A stretch of 57,163 bases of DNA from Hyphochytrium catenoides (taxonomy: Eukaryota; Protista; Hyphochytriomycota), in NCBI GenBank assembly GCA_900088475.1, contig FLMG01003880.1, positions 1 to 57,163 of the forward strand, in the 5' to 3' direction. The notes below the pieces were generated by a model that was given only the letters and a program-made list of their open reading frames with translations, ran no database searches and was not told the origin of the DNA. Made by a program: the position numbers and the translations under genes. Positions 37,901-48,825 of the stretch are shown here, piece after piece (position 1 is the stretch's first letter; every line of letters begins with the position of its first letter).

Positions 37901-38358
37901 AGTGTCCTCCTGTTGCGAGGAAGTTGGTGAGGGTGACTGCCTTCGATTCCTTCTTCTCTTTCCTTGTCTACTGCTGTTTGCGTGGCCCGGAGAGGAGCAG
38001 CCTTGTACCTATTGGGCTATTATTTTTCTAATCCTAAACCTGCCGTACGCTAGTCGTACGCTAGTTGACATTCATTCTGCGTCTCCCTTCCTGCCGCTTC
38101 TTTCCCAACATTATTAGCACCGTCTTGGTAGGACCACGTTGGCGGCTTTGGAAAATCACTTGGCCTGTCCTGCCACCCTCTACAGGTTAAAACTTCACCT
38201 CCCCATCACGCCCATGCCTATGGGATCGTCCTGTCAAAGCTCGCACCGCACGAAGTTAGCGACAGCCTATGGCGACTGGTCTCGTCCCCTCAAGATCATC
38301 CAGACAGCATCGGCTAGGAAGTTCCTAGCGGCGCATGATAATGATGATGATAACGGCC

Positions 38359-38392
38359 AGAGCCGCAGCCGCAGCCGCAGCCGCAGCCGCAG
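38359..38392 (+). repeat. (AGCCGC)n hexanucleotide microsatellite
   Basis: agccgc repeated about 5 times. Confidence 0.85.
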
Positions 38393-38917
38393 TCGAGTGA
38401 TGAATGGAGACTGATGGGGAAGGAAGAAGCTTGGTCGGGTCACGCTGCATCAAACGGTGGAAGAGGAGAAAGAGAAAAGACATCACACCTCTTCGATGGC
38501 GTCTGATCCTTAGCCGCCTCCGTTGATAGATGACTGAGATGTTAGCCAGTGAATGCTAGAGATTTTGCCCCCTTTCCTGATAATATGCCGCACTGCCCTG
38601 AGTCCTGCATTCCGTTCCACTCTGTCTCTATCCTTGTATATCTATTCGTCACTCTGTCTGGTTCAGGTTCAGGCTTTCCCCTAATAGGAATACTAGAATA
38701 AGTTGTAATCAGTGTGCATCCTTATACGTCTTTCTCTCTGCTTCTGTATCTTCCAGCCTTGTCACTTTCTCCATCTGTGGAAATATCGGGAATTCGGCAA
38801 CTTTGGGGTACATCGAAAAATGAAGGGGATTGACCTTCGTTTGACTCTTACTTTCGTTCCTCACTTTCGGACCGAGATTATTGATGTCTTGTTTTGTGGA
38901 CCTTCCTCTCTCTCTCT

Positions 38918-38952
38918 NNNNNNNNNNNNNNNNNNNNNNNNNNNNNNNNNNN
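38918..38952. other. Assembly gap inside a (CT)n tract
   Basis: Run of N flanked by CT repeats. Confidence 0.98.
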
Positions 38953-38993
<41 letters not shown>

Positions 38994-39901
38994 GCAATCT
39001 CTCTCTCTCTATTTCTGTGTCTGTCTGTCTCCTTATTAAGTCTATCTCTCCCTGTTGTCCCTGTGTGCCTCTCCCTTTCTCTCTTTCCGTTCTACGTGTC
39101 TGCCTCTCTCTCTGTCCTCTCTCTCACCTTCTCTCACACACACAAGCACACACCTGTTCTCTGTCTCGGCCTCCTCTCATCTCTGTCTCGTTCTGTCTCT
39201 CCTTCCTTTGCTGCCTTATAATCTCTCTCTCCGTTCGCTCTCCCTCTTCATCATTTCTCTTCGCCCTTCATCTCCTTTCGATCGTCGATGAATACCTTCA
39301 GCCTCTGCTACTGTTCCTGTTGCCCAAGACGGGCTTCCGAAGACTCTGGAGAGCTCCCAGCCCGCAATGCCCATTTCCCGTGGGGCTGACCTCTCTCTCG
39401 TCTACAGGCTGAGCTCTCCTTAACTTACAACTCCCACCGCCCATCTGGACAGAGATCGGTATGTTGAGCCGAACGGGATCCTGGCTAAGTAGAGACGCGA
39501 TCCGCTTCAAGGCCCCTAGGCTTGGAGATCTCTTTCTCTCTCGTTCGTGCCTCTCTGTCTCTTTTATTCTCTAGTGGAAGCGCGCTCTCTTTCTAGCGAC
39601 TTCATGCTCACATCACTACTACTGACGGCTTAGTTCTGCTCAAGCGGCTTTCTTTCTCTTTCCTTCGCATCATTCATCCTCCCTGTCCTCTCCTCCTCTT
39701 CACTTTACTCTCTCTCGCTCTCTCTGTTCCCTCTCACTCTCTCTCTTTTCCCCTTTCCTTTCTCTGTTACGCACGTATCTCCTTCTTCTCTCGATCCAAG
39801 TGGTGTCCAATGCGAAGTGTCTAGAGATTATGTGAAGGCGTCGGGAGAGAGAGTCCTGGTTTACAGGGACCTCAGGCCCGTCTCCTGAGTTGGGGGCACC
39901 A

Positions 39902-42900
39902 ATGGCTGCACCGGAGGAAGATACGCGGGGGCTCAGAAGGGCGGGGCGAAAGCGGCAGCAGACCGTCCGCTACGCCGTAGAGAGCGCCTCTCTTGCTCGG
40001 TCTCCCTCTTCTAGTCCCAAACCTTGTCGCACTGTCCCTCCCGGTCCCGGCGGTGAGCCTGAGGCAGCAGGGGATTCAAATTGCGATGTCTGCGGCGGCG
40101 GGGACTCCACTGAGGGCGATTCCATCCTCTATTGCGATGGATGTGACGTGGGGGTCCATCAGAGCTGCTATGGGATTGCTAAGGTTAAGAAGCTCCAACT
40201 GAGTCTTTCCTCTCTCACTTTCTCCTCTCGCGTTCTCTCCTCCTACTTTGTTGTTATCCGCACAATGAGAGAGATGAAAAGGAAATGACCTGTTGGTAAA
40301 GCTCTTACTATTCACTCTCATGCACTGCCTTCCTCTTCTCAAACCTCTGTTTCTTCTCATCAGTCTCTGCGGCTCATTTCTGTTTCCCTTATCACACTTC
40401 CGTCCCGTGTGACCTTGTCCCGTATGGCTTCTCCTAATCCCTCTGTCTCTACAGATTCCCAAAGGCAAATGGTTCTGCAAGCTCTGTCAGGGCAAAGTTC
40501 AGGACACAGCGGAGTGCGTGATCTGCTTGCAAAGCAAGGGTGCCATGAAGAAGACGAAGGATGGAAAGTGGGCACACGTCCAATGCGTGTGGATCGATCC
40601 AGAGTGCGAAGTACAGGACACAAGTAGAATGGAGCCTCTTCTGGTACCTGCCTCTGTCCTCAAGGCGAGAAAAGGGAGGAAGTGTCAGTTTTGCCAGCAG
40701 CTGGATGGCTTGTGTCTGCCGTGCTCATGGCCGGAGTGCGATAAAGTGTTTCACGGTCGCTGTGCAAGAGAAAAGGACGGCTTTCTTAGGATTGGGGTGG
40801 AATTAGGTCAGCTGGCAGTGGAGGGATATTGTGGCAAGCACAAGAACAAGAGGTGAAGTCTCAATGCTTGTCTATGTTCTCCTCTTCTATCCTTGTCCTC
40901 TCTCTCTGTCACTCTCTTTGACTCTTTTGTCCTTGCCTCTGTCCTCCTCTAGCTCTCTCCTCTCTGTCCGGTCTGCCTGTTAACTCTCTTTTACTCAGAG
41001 GGGGAGCCCAACTGGTGTTAGATCACTTACTAAATCAAAAGGTCGCAAATCGGACGCTGAAAAGCAAGGTCCAGAAGATTAGGGTATGGCATTCTGGTTT
41101 GCTCCGTCTCTCGCTCTGTCACTCTCTTTTTCCTCTCTCACCCCAACCCCACCCCACCTCTCTCTCTGTCACTCACATAGAACCTCTTTCTGTCTCACAG
41201 AACCTCTCTCTCTTTCTCTCCCACTCTGTTCTCAATCCTCAACCTCCTCTTCCCTTCCTACTTACGATATAACAGGATCGCGTCACAGCTGGGCAATCCT
41301 CTCTCAATAACTTTACGGAAGATGTCAACACCATCCTTCATTCTTTTAAGGCTATTCTTAAAGACAAGGCCTACCGGGAACTCCATCAGTCTGCCGTCTC
41401 TCAGCTTTCAAACCTACGCAAGATCCTCAGAGCAGATGAACCAGCGTTGGGAAAGCGACCGTCCCGCGAGGAGCAAAACTCGGCCCACTCACCGAACAAG
41501 AAGGTCAAAACTACCGCAGGGTCACAGCAACCTACCACAGAGTCAAAGCTCAATCTCAAGGGTCATAAGACTGCACAGCAAGATAAGAGTGACGACGTGG
41601 CCAAGGCATCCGATGGAGATGAAGAAGCTTCTGTGGCTTATGAAAATGTAGTCTGTGCGGTCTGCTGCGGTGGGGCCACCGCTGTTGGGAATGACATTCT
41701 CTTCTGCGATATCTGTGATGTGGCTGTTCATCAAAAGTGCTATGGAATACAGAAGGTGGCGTGCCACTTGTGTCTCAAATTCCCCTCTCCCGTTCTCTCC
41801 TCTTGTCTCTCTCTCTCTCTCTCTCCTCTGAGTATTACGGGCGTAATGCTAGGACCTTACACCAGCTCCCCTTTCCAGGTTCCAGAAGGAGATTGGCATT
41901 GCGCTCCATGTGCGGCTGGGGAGGAGAGTCTAAACTTGAAGTGCGTGGGATGCAATAAGAGAGGGGGAGCCCTGAAAGCTGTGGGTCGGCGCTGGGTCCA
42001 CATGGCGTGTGTCCTTGTAGACAGTAGGATGCGGATAGAGGATGTGAGGACCATGGAGCCTGTAGAGGTAAGAAGAAGAGGAAAACAGAGAGTGGTGAAT
42101 TGAAGTACAGCAGAAGAAACGGCGTCAGGCATTATGGAGCAGTACTGACCAAAGGCAAGGGGGAACGTAGCTGATAGAGACAACCATAGCCAGTCTATGA
42201 AACTGACCATTACTGCGAAGATGGCGGCGCCCTGCGGAGCTCAAAGCTCGAGGAGTAAGTGCTCACTGTGCAAGAGTTCAGCCGAGACAGTCTGTGGACA
42301 GGTCTGGTGATCTCCTTGCATTCTTAGTTCGCTGCTCCTTAAGCGAGGTTCTCATCTCCCTCATGTCCCTCTGTTCGTCAGTGTGCATTTGCGTCTCTGT
42401 TGATGGCTTAAAACTGAATCCTCCTCTTCGTCTTCGTTAACAATACGCGTGTAAGTCTCTACGTTGAGATTTCAGGCTAAGTATGTCCTCCCAATTTCGC
42501 CACATATATCTAGTGTATGCATCCTGGCTGCTCTCAGCGCTTCCACGCCCTCTGTGCGCATCGACGAGGGAGGTTCGAGGTGGCCTTTTACTTTGGACAG
42601 GTCTTTTTGGAGACTTATTGCGACAGCCATAAAAGCGATAGGTAAGTGGTAGGAAGAGCGCGCGCTATCTCACTTGTCAGGACTGAAAGGAGGAGATGGG
42701 ATGTGCCAAGTCCGGCAGTGGAAGAGATAATGCTACTGGAAGCGACAATTATGAAGAGGAGGATTTTTTTTAGCCTCATGGTCCGGATTCAAGTCTTCTT
42801 CTGACCTTTGCCTTTGTCCCGACCATTCCTCTTCCTTTCCTCTTTCATAATGCAGCTACACGATTTCCTCTTTCATATCGTTTTTGGAGGAAGAAGTTGT

Positions 42901-45900
42901 TTCATCAGCTCATGCAAAGGGTGTGAAGCAGCTCAAGGTAAGCCAGTGAAGTGAAGCCCAGTTTCAAGTTAGTGCCGTAGCGCCACCTTTAGATACCGGG
43001 CCGCTCATAGCCCTTGAGAAAGAGAGAGAAGTTGACCCTAACAAGGCACCGTAGAGCAGTGCGACTAGAAGAATCTAAACTACCTTTTCATGTGGATGGT
43101 AGAATAATCTGGAACAAGGGAAGCTAGAGACCTTGGACCAGTTTGAGGCTGCAGCTCTCTCCCTGGCGAACAAAGTGGCTGATATGCCTGGGAAGAACCT
43201 GAAACATGACTCTCAGGACTTTGTACGGGAGGCGGAAAGGTAAATTCTCTGACTCTCTCGTTGTTCCTCTCATAGATCTTTGCTGTTCCTTTCGGAGCAT
43301 CTAACTTAAACGTCGCCCGCACTCGTTTGTTCAGCGGTGCACGCGTACTAACTCTCAATCCTTCCTGCCTGTCTCTCTTCGCTGGTGTGGTTAGGCGCTT
43401 GCACCTCATCAGGCGCAGTGTGCTAAAGAAGTCTGGCTGGGGCTCGCGGGAGAAGATTGGCGAGCCTCAAAATATACTTTCGACAGAGTAAGGGCCCGCA
43501 GTCTACCGCCTCGCGTCTCTTTTGTCTCTCTCCAGCCTTAACCTCCTTGCTATACAGCCTGTATCTACTCGTTAGTAGACTTTCTGGCATATCAATGAGC
43601 AACACTGCTAGTTTTCTCTCACTAGTGTAAGGGACCTGATAGGTTCAAGTAGTATCTGTCACTGTCCTGTCTGGCGCTATTCGTTGTATACAGAGTCCAA
43701 ACTCCTCTCTTCTGACCTTCACGTCCTTGTGGCTCTCTCGGCTGTCCCCATAGTCCATCACTATATGAGGGCTTGGGCTTCTCCTTCCAGTTTGAGTCCG
43801 TGCAGCATCGCTTCAAGTTTGTTACCCTAGCAGATGCCTGCCTTGGCTCCTTTCTGCAGAGAGAAGATGTAAAAGCTTTTCTTCCACCTTGCTGGCAAAC
43901 CTTTGAGTCTCTGGACGATCTAAGGCGACCACTTGGGCTGAGCACACTCCGGGTAAGGTTTGCTCCATAGACGTGTCCTTTATTTATTCAGAGATTGACC
44001 TTGTCACTGTATGAGAGCAATCCTACCTCTTGGACTTCACTTAGCAGTTCTCATAGATATGCTTCCCTTGCCCATCCCGCCGGTCTAGTCAAAAGCGTCT
44101 GTAATGACTTTCCTGCGTTTTCTACACTTCAGGTTCTGCTACGCAACGGAGCATATCAAAATCCCTATTCTTTGCTCTCGGATGTATGCAAAGTCTTTCT
44201 CTTCGTCATGCAGAGCAGAGAGGAAGACAGTGAAGCATACGCTGACGCCGAATACCTTCTTCGACTCTTTCGCGCAAGGTATCAGATAGATGTCCTGCAG
44301 AAGTGCTTAGGCGGTAAGTTCAAGAGAGATTCCTTTATCTCTAGAAAGCTTCATCTTTCGACGAAGAAATCTGGCAATACCGGGAAGGTAACGGGACCCA
44401 GCTCAGGAGGGAAGGGAAGAAAACGGCCCAGACAGCCAGAGGGCAGTTGGCCGGACAAGTCTAGGGTTCCTCCTATCTTCACCTTTACTCACGATGCCAA
44501 GGATGAAGCCAGGAGGAGATTTACCGATGAAGTCCAACATCATCTGAACTATAGTCTCATAGCCAATCTTGAGGATGAACCGGTTGTGAGGGTATCTCGC
44601 TCTCTGCCCGCCGTTCCTCCTCTCTCTCGACGGCCGATGCTTAAGCTCCTGACGACCCTTCAGACACAAGTGTTAAAGGAAGAGCCTTCGACATCTTCTT
44701 CACTTGCTTTCTCTCCGCGTCAGTCTGAACCTATCAGCCATAAAGTTCCACACCCAAATATTAGCTATCCTCCTCCGGCCGCACAAGATGAACCTATGAG
44801 GCGCGTTATAGAGGAGAGCAGAGAAGACAGCCCTCCAGCACCTATTGCAGAGACGGCGACCTGCACCTCGCCTGATCCACCTACTTTGAGGCAAGATACG
44901 GACTGTGCCAATCAGCACGATACTAATGCAGATAACGACTTCTCTGTTCCCGCGCACGAAGAGGGGGAAGCTAAGACGTCGCCCTGCGCCACACATTCTC
45001 CGTCACTAGAAAAGAGCTCAGTACAAACCACGCAGGAGGGATTAGAGTATGAGGCAATAGAGAGTGGCCAGGACACCATCAACAATCTGAAGCCTCCGGA
45101 AGCAAGTGCTGCGGAAGGAGAAACAGACTCCATAGCTTCTTGTGGAGGAAGACAGCAAAGCCTTTCTCTGCTTTCAGAGCTCTTAGACGAGGTGCAGAAG
45201 CTGTCTTTGGGTAGCGTAATTGAAGAAGAAGTTGCACAGGGCTGCCACTGCCTGACGTCTGGAGTTGGACCCGGGAAACCCATTCTTGCTCGTGTGCTGC
45301 GCGATTATAAGAGAGTTATGCAGGTTGAGGATCCTGAGGCCGCACTGGAGGCACTGGAAGCAAGATGCGCGAGAAAAGCGCAAGAGAAGGAGCAGAAGGA
45401 AGCACGAGATGAGACAGAGGACGAAGAAGAGGAAGGTGACGAGGATGAAGCAAGTGAAGCCGGAAGCAGCTTTTCCCTCCTTCCTCTTCACCAAGAAAGG
45501 GGAATTGCAGGAGCTCTAAGACGAACTTGCGGCATGCTCACTGGTTCGGCTCTCAAACAACAGCATAAGGGCATTCGAGGCGTCTCCGGCCTCCTAACTG
45601 CGTCGATGCTGAAAAAGAAACTTGCAGCAAAGGCCCCGAAGAAGCCGACTGAGAAGAAAGCTTCGCTGCACCCACTTTTGAGGCTGCAAAAGAAGGTCCC
45701 CGCACCATCCCAAAGCAAGCGAATACGTGGTGCACAGAATGGAGACCGTGAAAGCTCTCGAAAGGCGCCCGCGGTTGGTATCGGACAGTTAGGGAAGGCT
45801 CCACGCATAGCACAGAAAGCGCCCAGAGGAATTAGCAACCCTGTAGTGCAGCTTAAGGGAGCAACAAAGCAGAAGAATGCCTCAGCAACTCACACCGTGA

Positions 45901-46376
45901 AGCCGAAGACCCAAAAGAAAGAGACCCAGAAGAAAGAGACCCAAACTGCACAGCTGAAGGCCAAAGAGAGAGAAGTTATTTCTCCGAAAGAGGATGCTGT
46001 GATCGTCACCAAAGCCACTCGAAGTGTCCGCTGTGGAGCTTGTCCGGGGTGTCAGATGCCGGACTGCGGCCTGTGCAATAACTGTATGGACAAGGCGGAC
46101 ACCGTGAGCGCTCGGCCTCCAAGCCAAGGAACAGGGTGTAGCGATAGGCTGTGCCAAACTACTGCCATCGTTCAACTTAGACCAGTGCCGACCAAGGTGA
46201 CTGTTCCACCTTCAGGCCTTGTACCCGCGGAAGGTTTGTTTGAGAGGCCCGAGGAGGACATGTGCAAAGATTTCTCTCTCTTTGCCTTTGAGGGGCCAGT
46301 GGACGAGCGCTTGAACGCCCCAGTAGAACCTGGGTATGCCTACTCGTTGTCTGACCCCTTCCTGCCGGCGCATTGA
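39902..46376 (+). CDS. Multi-exon chromatin reader: two PZP (PHD-Zn knuckle-PHD) modules, a degenerate bromodomain and a CXXC zinc finger (BRPF/Jade/AF10-like)
   Basis: PZP1: CDVC...CDGCDVGVHQSCYG|IPKGKWFCKLC...CVIC...WAHVQC...CQFC...CSWPECDKVFHGRC...YCGKH. PZP2: CAVC...CDICDVAVHQKCYG|VPEGDWHCAPC...WVHMAC...CSLC...CMHPGCSQRFHALC...YCDSH. Bromo-like: PLGLSTLR|VLLRNGAYQNPYSLLSDVCKVF. CXXC: CGACPGCQMPDCGLCNNCMDK...CSDRLC. Linkage into one transcript is inferred. Confidence 0.78.
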
Positions 46377-46758
46377 GGCAAATGCAAGAGAAAGCATCAA
46401 TGACGAGACACTTGGATAGCTTTGTATAGGAAATCTGTCTGGATATGTACATTAATAAGCGGTTTGACTCTATGTTCACTTCTGCTACAACGGGCAACAG
46501 TGAAAGCATCTGATGCGATGACGAACAGACATAACATCCAAAGCGTTCAGGGACAAACAAGAGAAAGAAGCGGGAGGAAACCCGGGAAAGAAAGAGACAA
46601 AGAGAGATAAGGCGAATACACGTCAATAGAGCTCCGCCATTTAGAAAATAACTGGGAGAGGGGACGCGGACTCACACCGAGAGTGGAACCTCTGCCTCGA
46701 ATCCATCCCACGCCATCTGTCCCTCTCTCTTCTACACAGGGATATCTTTGTCTCTCTT

Positions 46759-47847
46759 TTAGAGAGAAAAGACAACCAGCATAACGCTGATGTTATCCCT
46801 AGAGTGCCGGCTAATTGCTTCCTTAACAAGCTGCTGGGCGATCTTCTTGGCACTGACGCCCAGATACAACCGGTTCTTCACGAACTCAGCCACCTCCTCG
46901 TCCTTCAGGACATCCCATAGCCCATCACTAGCTGTTAGCAGAAACTCGTCCGCGGCTGAGACCATGTGCTTGGTGATGTGTGGCTCCCCGACAACGATAT
47001 TCTTGTCTCCACTATGTCCGAGGGCTCTGGTCACTGCCAGCACGCCTCCGACCCTATTCTTGAAGATGATCCCGCCAGCGTTTCGAATGCGCTGCACTTC
47101 CTCGGGGTCGGCCGGAAGATGGTCTTTGGACAGTCTAATGGCCTCTCCATCTCTGCAGACAATAGAGCGGCTGTCTCCTACGTTAGCGTGGTAGATGACA
47201 ATGCCGCGCTCTGTCCGGCGGAGAAGAGAGGTTGACGCGGTGGTGCCGACGTCCCTCTCTGCATCTGACCAATCTTGAGACAGCGCGGCGATTTCATCAT
47301 CGATATCCTGGTAACAAAGAGAGAAAGCAGAGAGCTCTGGGTCTTCCCTAGCCTCATCCTGCGGATTCTGTTCAGCCGCTGAATCTCCATCGGTCCCTAG
47401 CTCCTTCAGCCTCCGGAGGTACCGCCGGTGAAGGTTCTTGGCTGCATAGGTAGCGCAGCTGTCCCCACCATGGCCGTCGTAAAGCCCTAGAAAGACCTGA
47501 TCTCTATTGCTTCCAAAGGACTCTACCACGGTACACGCGTCTTCCATTGTGGCTCTAAATCTAGAGTTCTGCGTGGTGGACACTCCGATCTCTCCAATCG
47601 AAGTAATAGGAGCCCTTCCCTCTGCTCGCTGCCGCCGAAGGACTGGCGCGGAGTCTGAGAGAGCTCGTCTGTCGTCTGCACAAGATCTCAACCGCCTCTG
47701 TCCTGGATGAGAGCGAGCTACAAGCTGTCTGGGGCTGTCCGAGTCTGACTCGCTGGTGGAGTTAGACATCTGGCTCAGCGTCTTGCTGAAGCTGTTGCTC
47801 TTCCTTCTATGAAGGAGCTTTTTGCGGATGCCGTCCATCCAGCTCAT
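46759..47847 (-). CDS. Protein phosphatase 2C (PPM family)
   Basis: Intronless 362-aa ORF with RATMEDA, YDGHGG, GTTA, ANVGDSR, LSKDH, LAVTRALG, ASDGLWD and SRDNISV. Confidence 0.95.
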   Translation of the reverse strand: MSWMDGIRKKLLHRRKSNSFSKTLSQMSNSTSESDSDSPRQLVARSHPGQRRLRSCADDRRALSDSAPVLRRQRAEGRAPITSIGEIGVSTTQNSRFRATMEDACTVVESFGSNRDQVFLGLYDGHGGDSCATYAAKNLHRRYLRRLKELGTDGDSAAEQNPQDEAREDPELSAFSLCYQDIDDEIAALSQDWSDAERDVGTTASTSLLRRTERGIVIYHANVGDSRSIVCRDGEAIRLSKDHLPADPEEVQRIRNAGGIIFKNRVGGVLAVTRALGHSGDKNIVVGEPHITKHMVSAADEFLLTASDGLWDVLKDEEVAEFVKNRLYLGVSAKKIAQQLVKEAISRHSRDNISVMLVVFSL

Positions 47848-48064
47848 GATGTGTATGAGGAGGGAGAGAAGGAACTCGTCTAAGTGATAAGGAAAGGAAA
47901 CCTGAGCTTCAGGAGAGCTCAGGCAGTGAAGAGTACCGAGAGATTAGCTTCGCTCTTACTCTCTACCAGGGAACGTCATCGTCGCAGAGCTTTGACGAGA
48001 ACAAGCGTCGTACTGCTTCGCTAGCATCACCGCCTCTATATCTTCGCAAGAGGAGAAGCGCAAA

Positions 48065-48590
48065 GGGGAGAGAGAGAGAGAGAGAAAATGAGTTGCAGGC
48101 AGCTGGCGAAAGAGAGAGTGCGTAGGGTGTCAGCCCCGTCTCTAAGCAGTTGGTATCCGCGGCAGCAGCTCTTAATGCGAAGATGCACAGCAAGCAAAGA
48201 AAGCTATGTCTCTCTTCGTCTTGCCTGATCCTTCAGCAGAAGCGCGAGTAAGCTGAGGAGGATGGACAAGAGAGGAAACGTGGCCAAGGTTTCAAAGGAG
48301 AGAAAGAGAGAGAGAAGAGAGAAGGAATGGGTGCGGTTCAGCAGGGTGGGAAGAGAGAACTAATGATGCCGTCAACGATGCAACAGATGTTCTTATATCT
48401 AACGCAAGAAGCAAAGTGCAAGCGAAAAGCTGACAGGATGACGCGGAGGAGGGAGAGGAAAAAGTGGAGGCAGGATGAAGACGGAAAATTGTAGAAGGTT
48501 AGAGCGAGAGAGAGAGAGAGAGAGCGAGAGCGAGAGCGAGCGAGAGCGAGAGAGAGAGAGAGCGAGAGAGAGAGAGAATGGGAGAGAGAG
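48065..48590 (-). repeat. (GA)n tracts on the + strand, i.e. (CT)n on the PP2C sense strand
   Basis: GA/GAGC runs at about 48068, 48297 and 48501-48590. Confidence 0.85.
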
Positions 48591-48778
48591 ATATCTTCTG
48601 AAACGCAAAGAACTAGATAAGACTGGGATAAAGCTGCTACGGAGAGACAGAGAGAGGTAGCCCTCACTGTCCTGTTGCTCAATCTCTCACGAGTATCTCC
48701 TCGTTGCTTTCCCTATCTCTTTCTTCCTTCTGCCAGCCATGGCATAACAGGCACACAGGTAGGAGTGATGGCTGTGCC

Positions 48779-48825
<47 letters not shown>

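Noticed and set aside
35050-38450. Long gene-poor stretch with short ORFs, possibly a decayed transposon
   Set aside because: I could not recognise any RT, integrase or transposase motif in the frames I read, so it is left unannotated.
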